DNA from: Octopus sinensis
Taxonomy: Eukaryota
Length of the DNA: 8,820 nt
Direction of reading: 5' to 3'
Assembly (NCBI RefSeq): GCF_006345805.1
Contig: NW_021828237.1
Span: 1-8,820 of the forward strand
The translations under genes and the position numbers were made by a program. Shown in pieces: positions 1 through 7,307 of this stretch. The notes under the pieces were generated by a model, which made no database searches, was not told where the DNA came from, and was given only the letters and a program-made list of their open reading frames with translations. Every line of letters begins with the position of its first letter. The first letter of the stretch is position 1.

Positions 1-2
1 GT

Positions 3-2108
3 GGGTGGTGCAAAGTCCCCTCTCGACCCAAAATAACGTGGCGGTGGAACAATGTTGTAGACAGGGCTATTAGAGAAAAGAGACAGGCTTGGAAGGACTG
101 AAAAAATGGTGGTAGCAGGGAATTTTATTAGACTGCCAAAAGAGAAGCTAGGAGACAGGTCTATCTAGCCAGAGGGGAAGCAGATAAGAAACAATTGCCA
201 ATGTTCTGCGCCGTGGGGACCAAAGACTTGAAGTATATCGTGTTGCAAGACAGAGTGTGAGAGAGAATCGTGATGTGGTAGTGGTAGGAGAGAAATGTGT
301 TCGCATGGATGATGGTTCACTTGTGCTAAATGAGGATGCAAAGAGAGAGGTTTGGAGACGACACTATGAAAGGTTACTGAATTAGAAAATGAATGGGATA
401 AAGAGAGTCTGCCGAATGTTGACCCAACAGAGGGACCAGCTATCCGAGTTGACAATTCATTGGTAGATAAAGCAATTATGAGGATGAAGTCAGGGAAAGC
501 CTCCGGCCCATCTGGAATTACTGCAGAAATGCTCAAAATATCTGGTAGTGTCGCCTATAGCCTAGTCACCCGTATAGTTAAATCAGGTGATACACGAAGG
601 AGTCATACCCAATGACTGGTGTAGCAGCATAATAGTCAACTGATACAAAGGTAAAGGTGACGCTTTAGATACAAATAATTACAGAGGTATCAAGATGTTG
701 GATCAGGTGATGAAGGTTACGGAGAGGGTCATAGCCCAACTAATTAGAGAGAGAGAGAGTTAGTTCAGATGAGATGCTGCTTAGGTTCATGCTAGGGAAA
801 AGCACCACTGATGCTATATTTCTGGTAAGAAAGCTGCAGGAGAAATACCTAGCCAAAGATAAACCTCTGTACCTGGCTTTCATTGACATGGAGAAAGCCT
901 TTGACAGGGTCCCTCGATCCCTTATCTTGTGGTCAATGAGGAAACTAAGGTTAGATGAATGGTTATTGAGAGCTGTGCAAGCCATGTACAGGGGTGCTGC
1001 TAGTAAAGTGAGGGTTGGCAACGAGTACAGTGAAGAATTCCGGGTAGAGGTAGGGGTCCACCAAGGATCAGTTCTTAGCCCCCTCCTATTTATCATAGTC
1101 CTCCAGGCAATAACGGAGGAATTCAAGACAGGATGACCCTGGGAGCTCCTCTATGCTGATGACCTTGCTCTAATTGCTGAGTCACTATCAGAACTGGAAG
1201 AGAAGTTTCAGGTGTGGAAGCAAGGACTAGAATCGAAGGGCCTGAGAGTCAACCTAGCTAAAACCAAAGTCCTAATAAGTAGGAAGGTAGACAAATTACA
1301 AACGCCTTCAGGTAGATGGCCCTGCTCGATCTGTAGAAAAGGCGTAGGTAGAAACTCTATAAGATGTACCCAGTGTAAGCTATGGACACATAAGAGGTGC
1401 AGCAATGTCAAAGGAAGGCTAACTGGGAAGATATTTCTTGTATGTGACAGATGCTCAGGAGCAATAAACACTGAAAATGCTCTGAGACTAACTTCCGCCA
1501 CATTCCAGGGAGAAAAACTAGAAATTGTTGATAGCTTCCGTTACCTAGGTGACCATGTCAGTAGCGGGGGCAGGTGTGCTGAAAGTGTAACTGCTAGTGT
1601 AAGAATAACTTGGGCAAAGTTCAGAGAGCTCTTACCTCTGCTGGTGACAAAAGGCCTCTCGCTCAGAGTAAAAGGCAGACTGTATGATGCATGCGTACGA
1701 ACAGCCATGTTACATGGCAGTGAAACATGGGCCGTGACTGCTGAGGATATGCGTAAGCTCTCAAGAAATGAAGCCAGTATACTCCGATGGATGTGTAATG
1801 TCAGTGTTCATACTTGACAGAGTGTAAGTACCTTGAGAGAAAAGCTGGACCTAAGAAGCATCAGTTGTGGTGTGCAAGAGAGACGTTTGCGCTGGTATGG
1901 TCATGTGGCGAGAATGGATGAAGATAGTTGTGTGAAAAGGTGCCACACCCTAGCGGTTGAGGGATCCTGTGGAAGAGGTAGACCAAGGAAAGCCTGGGAC
2001 GAGGTGTTGAAGCACGAACTTCGAACTCCGGGTCTCACCGAGGAAATTACTAGAGACCGAGACCTTTGGAAGTATGCTGTACGTGAGAAGAGCCGACAGG
2101 ACAAGTGA
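3..2108 (+). pseudogene. Disrupted LINE ORF2 (linker, reverse transcriptase and C-terminal region)
   Basis: Frameshifts occur at about 196, 383, 581 and 746-759 (the last by (AG)7 slippage). In-frame stops lie at 99-101, 129-131, 641-643, 1134-1136 and 1815-1817. ORF-track entries 774-1136, 1212-1817 and 1833-2108 are one frame broken by two TGA codons. The natural stop is at 2106-2108. Confidence 0.93.
1323..1454 (+). other. PHD-type (C4HC3) zinc finger embedded in the LINE RT
   Basis: CSIC-x10-CTQC-x4-H-x2-C-x14-CDRC, with the W-x-H-x2-C signature. It lies between NLAKTK and FRYLG (YLG at 1542-1550). Confidence 0.85.
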
Positions 2109-2272
2109 GGCATTAACCCGGGGCCTTTAGCTGGGATGTAGCCAGCCCACCAATACATACCTTTCCTTCTTGCGACACAAAAGACTACTTGTGAAGACCT
2201 GTTGAGGTAAGTGAAAATCAAATCAAAAATCGAAATCGATCAACATCAATGGAAATTGCAGCTGTGCTACCA

Positions 2273-2490
2273 GTGCCGGTGGTACGTACGTAAAGAGAAC
2301 CATTCGAACGTGGCCGTTGCAAGCGTAGCCCCGACTGGCCTCGTGCCGGTGGCACGTAAAAAGCACCATCCGATCTTGGCCGTTGCCAGCCTCGCCTGGC
2401 CCCCGTGCCGGTGGCACGTAAAAAGCACCATCCAATCGTGGCCGTTTGCCAGTCTCGTCTGGCATCTGTGCCGGTGGCATATAAAATCAC
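2273..2490 (+). repeat. Tandem 62-70 bp repeat (about 3.3 units) in the LINE 3' UTR
   Basis: GTGCCGGTGG recurs at 2273, 2343, 2405 and 2468. Units 2 and 3 share GTGCCGGTGGCACGTAAAAAGCACCATCC. Confidence 0.92.
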
Positions 2491-2639
2491 ACACTACACT
2501 CACGGAGTGGTTGGCGTTAGGAAGATCATCCAGCCGTAGAAACATTGCCAGATCAGACTGGGCCTGGTGCAGCCTTCTGGTTTCCCAGACTCCAGTTGAA
2601 CCGTCCAACCCATGCCAGCATGGAAATCGGACGCTAAAC

Positions 2640-2666
2640 GACGACGACGATGATGATGATGATGAT
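2640..2666 (+). repeat. (GAC)3(GAT)6 LINE 3' tail
   Basis: Read directly from the sequence. It marks the boundary between the GC-richer element and the AT microsatellite. Confidence 0.9.
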
Positions 2667-2706
2667 ATATATATATAATTTGTATACATTTGTATATATA
2701 ATGCGT

Positions 2707-2742
<36 letters not shown>

Positions 2743-2757
2743 CATGCGTATATATGT

Positions 2758-2795
<38 letters not shown>
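2665..2795. repeat. Compound (AT)n/(AC)n microsatellite
   Basis: (AC)n at 2707-2720, (AT)11 at 2721-2742, (AT)13 at 2769-2794. Confidence 0.95.
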
Positions 2796-2798
<3 letters not shown>

Positions 2799-2833
2799 GT
2801 GTGCATTATGTGGTTGGTTGAGCTGAGAATATG

Positions 2834-3040
2834 CACACCTATATTAAAAGTGCTGTCGAGTTTGCATGGCAACTATTTTTTTCCTCAAATGAAAGGCGTT
2901 ACCCCTAGGACAAAATTCCTCATCTTTTAAAATGTGGCCCGATTACACCTGTATGAAATAGGCTTATATTAACCAAACAAGTAAAACAATGAAAAACTAT
3001 GCCTTTTTAATGCCAAGTAAGGTCGGGTATCTCTGTATTC
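2834..3040 (+). repeat. Diverged direct repeat, copy 1 (probable 3' part of a non-autonomous Helitron-like element)
   Basis: CACACCTATATTAAAA at 2834-2849 is identical to 3135-3150. The block 2905-2938 matches 3193-3225 at 31 of 34 positions. The end GCCAAGTAAGGTCGGGTATCTCTG resembles the copy 2 terminus. Confidence 0.7.
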
Positions 3041-3134
3041 TACTACATATTTGTAAAAAGGGCAGACGTTGTCTCACAAGCAGTTATACAGGCAAAAGTG
3101 TTAGTAAATATGGTAGGATTCAGTTGAAAATTTA

Positions 3135-3320
3135 CACACCTATATTAAAAATCCTGGCAAGTTTGAGTTTGGTCAATTGAAAGGTGTGGCCTCTAGGGCA
3201 AAATACCTCATCTTTAAAATGTGGCGCGCGTAGACCCTCATGAAATCGAGTTATAAAACCGAAATAAATAAAACAACGATAAACTTTTTTAATCCCGAGC
3301 AAGTCCGGGTTTCTCTGCTA
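3135..3320 (+). repeat. Diverged direct repeat, copy 2, ending in a Helitron-like 3' terminus
   Basis: Homologous to 2834-3040. It ends in a CCCG-agcaagtc-CGGG hairpin (3294-3309) followed by TTTCTCTGCTA, a degenerate CTAG end. Confidence 0.65.
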
Positions 3321-3540
3321 TCTATATATATATAAAAGAGGCTTTGGGCCAAAATTGTGTGCACGGTTTGCTACATCAGAGGTTGGCGGCCACGCCAGTG
3401 GTCAGATCAAGCTGACAATTGATACAGGCATAGAAGGCGTGGTGAGTTGAGTAGGTTAAAACTCACCATCTGGAAAGATGCGGTTGCTATGGTGAGAAGA
3501 TTCAAGGGGTCTCTAAGCCCCTCCAGATTGGCGTGATTGG
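3321..3540 (+). mobile_element. Possible 5' fragment of a non-autonomous Helitron-like element
   Basis: It begins A|TCTATATATATATAAAA, matching the Helitron 5' TC after A. CAGATCAAGCTGACAATT (3403-3420) resembles a motif I recall from such elements (unverified). The right boundary is uncertain. Confidence 0.35.
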
Positions 3541-3542
3541 CA

Positions 3543-4070
3543 TCTAATCCTATCTATAAAATGAAGAAGGCGAACGTTGATACAAATTGGATTTTTATGT
3601 AAAAAGGGGTTTAAATGGGGCTGGAAGGGGATTCAAATTTACACGGGGGGGGGGTAACTTGATGGGAGGAAATTGATTGGGAGACATTTTGTGGCGGTAG
3701 AGTGGTTGTTTTGGTGGGAAAACTGGGATTTAAATTGATTTTTGGGGACACTTGGTGGTCTAGATCGGACACCTTTTGCTCGATTTCAATCAAATTTTCA
3801 ACATGGTAAAGTGGAAGCGGATTTGTAATTTAAACGCAGAAATCTTTTTTTATATAAATGGGAGATAGATAGAGAAAGATAAAGAGTAAGAGAAAGCGAG
3901 GGAAAGTCCGAAAGGAAGAGTAAGAGAGTGGGAAAATGAGAAAGGATAGAGAAACAAATAGAGAGAATGTGGTGATAAGAAACAGAAAGGAACAACCACA
4001 ACTTCACCCGCGCGTAGAGCGGGTCACCTTAAGATTAAGGTAACCCGCTCTACGCGCGGGTGAAGTCTAA
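3543..4070 (+). mobile_element. Probable non-autonomous Helitron-like element
   Basis: The start is A|TCTAATCCTATCTATAAAATG. An internal CGATTTCAATCAAATTT lies at 3781-3797. The end is an ACCCGC-7nt-GCGGGT hairpin (4043-4061), 5 nt, then CTAA|T, fitting the CTRR rule. Confidence 0.45.
4001..4066. repeat. 66-bp near-perfect palindrome (32-bp arms, 2-nt spacer)
   Basis: 4001-4032 pairs with 4035-4066 at 31 of 32 positions. The single mismatch is C4025/A4042. Confidence 0.97.
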
Positions 4071-4380
4071 TACATATGTGCAAATCTGAGGGTGTGTTTG
4101 TTTGTAACGTTGTTATCTAACTCCTCCCACATCCTTTTATCGCTTTTGATGAAACTTGACACGTGAATAGAAATCATGTCTGCAAAACTAGTGACATACT
4201 TAGATTGTTAAGAAAATCGATAAAAGGGCCCCTGAAAGGGATTTTTATATCTACTACGTATAACTAATATAATATTTTTAAACATCGAAGCGAAATAACC
4301 CGTTTGCTCCTCATATATAGCCAAGGGAAATAACCCATTCGCCCCTTATATATAGCCAAGGGAAATAACCCATTCATATT
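4071..4380 (+). mobile_element. Possible 5' part of a further Helitron-like non-autonomous element (right end undefined)
   Basis: It directly follows the CTAA end. It contains GTGTGTTTGTTTGT, then CGCTTTTGATGAAACTTG (4141-4158), which parallels 3781-3797, then an internal minisatellite. I recall this layout from Lep1/DINE-1-like elements (unverified). Confidence 0.35.
4292..4375. repeat. 35-bp minisatellite, 2.4 copies
   Basis: GAAATAACCC...TATATAGCCAAGG units start at 4292, 4327 and 4362. Confidence 0.92.
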
Positions 4381-4840
4381 TGTAAATTACTTCGTAGAAA
4401 TCAAATTGAGTATGCTTGTTTCTAAGTATTTGATCTATGTAAGCTATATATCCAGTACAACGCTTAAACAAGTAAATAGTATTTTCCTAAACAATAGATC
4501 CCCTTATTTTGGTTTGTGACTTATTCAAGAACATTCCAACACTAGCGCCGCTGAGGGTAATATTCTCTGCGAAGGCACAAAAGCTTTTTTCAGAGATAAT
4601 TACTTTGAATTGTTATAATCTCATATCTAATTAGCCTGTTATTACGTAATATGCGTCACAATTTTAGTATACATAACTTATTAGTATTTTCTCCTAAGTT
4701 CGATATACTCTGGGAACGCATTAAATCCCTTTTAGGCACTACTTTATTTGAATTCTTAGTGTCACGTAATGAATTTCATGTTATAACATAATTGACTTCA
4801 CAATTTGGGTAATCATAAATTATTGGGAATTCCTAAAAGA

Positions 4841-4858
4841 ATATATATATATATATAT
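4841..4858. repeat. (AT)9, probably the tail of the minus-strand LINE
   Basis: It abuts the 3' end of the element at 4859. Confidence 0.8.
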
Positions 4859-5440
4859 TGTTGGCATCCTTTTTGTCTCGGGAGACAATGGAGTTGAGCA
4901 TAAAATAATCTAGTTCGGCTTTTACATTTCATATCCTAATACATCTCCTGCTGTGGCTGTGTAGTCCTATCCTGGACAAACACTCCCTCTGGCTGGTGCT
5001 GCTAATATAGCGAAGACTTTGCCTGTCTGTTTGTAATGTCCTAGTTTCTTGTTGACGTTTTTCCTTGTCTTTCCATTTCGCTTCTCTGCCTTTGTGTTCC
5101 CTCGTTTACGGTACGTCGCCAATCTCCAAGGTTACTGGCAACTGCTTCCCAGTTGCTAATATTGATGTTGCAGGCCACGTGTCCCCGGCAAGCTCTCCGT
5201 TGATCAGGACGCTTCTGATTTTGGTCTTGGTACGCAGACGCGAGAGATTGAACAGCTTCCCTTCACTTCTACTGTGCAGAAACACTCCATCATCTGATGT
5301 CTCAAAGGCATGTGTCAGCTGCAGCGAGAAGAAGATGCCAAAAATGTAGGAGCAAGGACACAACCTTGATTTACCCCGCGTTTTATTTGGAAGGTGGCTG
5401 ATATTGAACCATTGTGCTGAATGTTGCATATCATCATGGA
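4859..5440 (-). mobile_element. 5'-truncated, internally deleted RTE-clade LINE of a second family
   Basis: The minus strand gives [31 protein letters not shown], then a frameshift at about 5343, then FGIFFSLQLTHAF..RSEGKLFNLSRLRTKTKIRSVLI. It then jumps to C-terminal motifs GELA, ACNINISNWEAVASNLGDWRR and CLSRIGLHSHSRRC, with a stop at 4929-4931. The 3' UTR carries a TTGTCTC/GAGACAA stem (4873-4888). Confidence 0.88.
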
Positions 5441-5476
5441 TTAAAGACCCGGCAACGACGGGTCTTTAATGCTAGT
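5440..5476 (+). other. Helitron-type 3' terminus (GC-cored hairpin plus CTAG|T)
   Basis: ATTAAAGACCCG-gcaacga-CGGGTCTTTAAT forms a 12-bp stem, followed by G-CTAG-T (5471-5476). Confidence 0.7.
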
Positions 5477-5478
5477 AC

Positions 5479-5480
<2 letters not shown>

Positions 5481-5521
<41 letters not shown>

Positions 5522-5587
5522 ATATATACACATATATATATAAGCATATTTATACACACACACATAAACATATATATATACATACAA

Positions 5588-5634
<47 letters not shown>

Positions 5635-5746
5635 TATATGTGTGTGTATATGTGTTGCTTGTGTGTATATTTGCATTTATATATGTATTTCTGCATGTAT
5701 AGATATATATGTACATATATATCAATATATATAAATTATGTATATA
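5481..5746. repeat. Compound (AT)n/(AC)n/(GT)n low-complexity tract
   Basis: Read directly. It accounts for the YI/HT/CV-rich spurious ORFs. Confidence 0.95.
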
Positions 5747-6403
5747 TTTCTTTATATAACGATTTTAACTTGAGATAACACAGCATTGAAAATAAAACAT
5801 AGCTGTCGATTTTAAGAGAAAAATCATTTAACATTAACTTAACAAAGTGCAACTTCACTGTTCTACTGTTTCGACTCGACAGTTTTCTGTAGAAATGAAT
5901 AACGTATATTCCTATACTCAATTATATATTTTTTAAAACAAAATGAAAATTCCTTTTACCGGACATTGTTTTTTTAATTTTTCATGTCTGGTCTTTTTCT
6001 GTCTTTATCTCCTACCACATTTATGAGTCAATATGTTTCTTATTGATTCTGGTTTTTTACTATTTTGTTCAATACATTGATATTTTGTTTTTGTTGATGT
6101 CATTTGTAATGTGTTCCGTATTTGCACGGTAACTTTGCACGGAGAAAGTTGAAAAATGATGCGCACACATATATACACAAATACATACGTATATACATAC
6201 GTATATAAATGCATACGCACATACAAGCATACACAGATACATACATACATGCATGTATATCATCTTTTACGGTTCAACCATTACATTATAGGGGTTAGAA
6301 TTAGGGTTTAGAGTCCTAGAAACCAGTGCATTAGCTGGGAGTAATTCATGAGTGTAATATTTTTACATATATTTTCCTGGATGTTTTTTCTGCAACAGTA
6401 GAG
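5747..6403 (+). repeat. Repeat block A, copy 1 (about 650 bp, with internal TACA-type low-complexity tract)
   Basis: Colinear with 8102-8820. 5812-5836 is identical to 8165-8189 (25 nt), 6059-6080 to 8427-8448 (22 nt), and CATTAGCTGGGA occurs at 6329 and 8749. Confidence 0.9.
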
Positions 6404-6409
6404 ACATGG

Positions 6410-6602
6410 GTGTGTGTGTGTGTGTGTGTGTGTGCGTGCCTGCGTGTCTGTGCTTGTGCACTATTGGGAAGAAACCATGGTAACATGTCAACAACTTCAA
6501 CGCATCGGATGCAAAAGCCACCTTTGTGAGCGAGAGAGAAAGAGAAAGGGAGAGCGGGAGAGTCGTTCTGCCAGAGAGTTTATAGATTATAAGTGGGGAG
6601 TC
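6410..6602 (+). repeat. Repeat block B, copy 1: (GT)n, unique core, GA-rich tract
   Basis: ATTGGGAAGAAACCA occurs at 6463 and 7756. GAGAGTTTATAGATTATA occurs at 6574 and 7893. Confidence 0.9.
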
Positions 6603-7084
6603 AAAATAATAGCTTTTTTATAATTTAGTGTAATGCTATGAAGAGTAGTGATACTGAGAAAAGATTTGCTATCAAAACATGATTATTAGACATTGTAATC
6701 TTCCCATAATCATATATCATATTTTAAAACCCATTTCTGTTTTCAAATACACATGAACGGTAAATGCGAAATAGGTTGTTTACTAACTTCCGTTTGTGAT
6801 TCTCCAAAGTACATAATTATAAACTGTATGGTTTGTATATAGCAGAGTATGACTTTACTATAAGAGCAAAGAAATCTGATGTGCATTCGACCCAAATTCT
6901 CTTTCCACTGCGAGACAATAGGGGTAACTGAAAAGTATTATTATATTGATAGAATGCTAATTGACTTCAGTTAAGCGACTGTTCGACTTATCGAACTTCG
7001 GGTTAAGTGTGGGATTTAAAATAGCAAATTGTGTCTTGGGGACAAAAAAAAACCGAATGTCGGATTTATCCGACTTCTACACAA

Positions 7085-7217
7085 AGAGATTTTAATGTAT
7101 ATATAGATTAATACGTACACACTCTTGTAAACATATATATACACACATATATATATATGTGCATAGATATACATTTACAGATATAGCTGCATAAATACAT
7201 AGGTATGTTTATGTATA

Positions 7218-7269
<52 letters not shown>

Positions 7270-7304
7270 CATATACATACATACACACACATACATACAC
7301 ACAC
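7085..7304. repeat. Compound (AT)n/(ACAT)n/(AC)n microsatellite region
   Basis: (AT)19 at 7227-7264, followed by ACAT and AC runs. Confidence 0.93.
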
Positions 7305-7307
7305 AAA

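Larger units (their letters stand above)
1..2666 (+). mobile_element. Decayed RTE-clade non-LTR retrotransposon (LINE). The 5' part lies upstream of the window; ORF2 remnant, about 560-bp 3' UTR and (GAT)n tail are present.
   Basis: Stitched translation gives RTE-type motifs in order: TWRWNNVV..AIREKR, GKASGPSGI, YKGKGD..NYRGI, FIDMEKAFDRV, GVHQGSVLSPLLF, LLYADD (1146-1163), GLRVNLAKTK, FRYLG, RRLRWYGHVARM and GRGRPRKAW. The element ends in a short-tandem-repeat tail, typical of RTE elements. Confidence 0.92.

Noticed and set aside
1156-1162. CTGATGA hammerhead core-like heptamer
   Set aside because: It is part of the YADD codons, with no stem II or GAAA downstream.
165-2221. Minus-strand ORFs 165-536, 740-1126, 1208-1501 and 1901-2221
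   Set aside because: They are antisense shadows of the LINE ORF2 and show no recognisable motifs.
2273-2490. CRISPR-like repeat-spacer appearance
   Set aside because: The intervening segments are homologous to each other, the context is a eukaryotic LINE UTR, and there are no cas genes.
2211-2769. ORFs over the 3' UTR repeats and microsatellites
   Set aside because: They are by-products of tandem repeats and low complexity, including the poly-D from the (GAT)n tail.
5065-5349. Plus-strand 94-aa ORF
   Set aside because: It is antisense to the LINE fragment.
4833-5447. Possible target-site duplication for the minus-strand LINE (TAAAAGA versus TTAAAGA)
   Set aside because: The match is short, imperfect and AT-rich, so chance cannot be excluded.
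5414-5921. YI/HT/CV-rich ORFs
   Set aside because: They are translations of dinucleotide microsatellites.
6005-6150. Possible repeated exon in block A (NTLQMTSTKTKYQCIEQNS versus NTLQTSSTKAKCQCIEQNS in copy 3), with AG and GT at equivalent positions
   Set aside because: A 1-nt indel between the copies (TGCAAATAC versus TGCAATAC) breaks a shared frame. The peptide similarity follows from DNA identity alone.
6291-6312. Interstitial telomeric repeat
   Set aside because: There is only one perfect TTAGGG, not an array.
6455-6525. Possible coding exon in block B, minus strand (VAFASDALKLLTCYHGFFPIVH versus LPFASDLLKLLTCCLGFFPIMH)
   Set aside because: It shows 3 synonymous versus 6 amino-acid-changing codons, no conserved donor site and no known motif.
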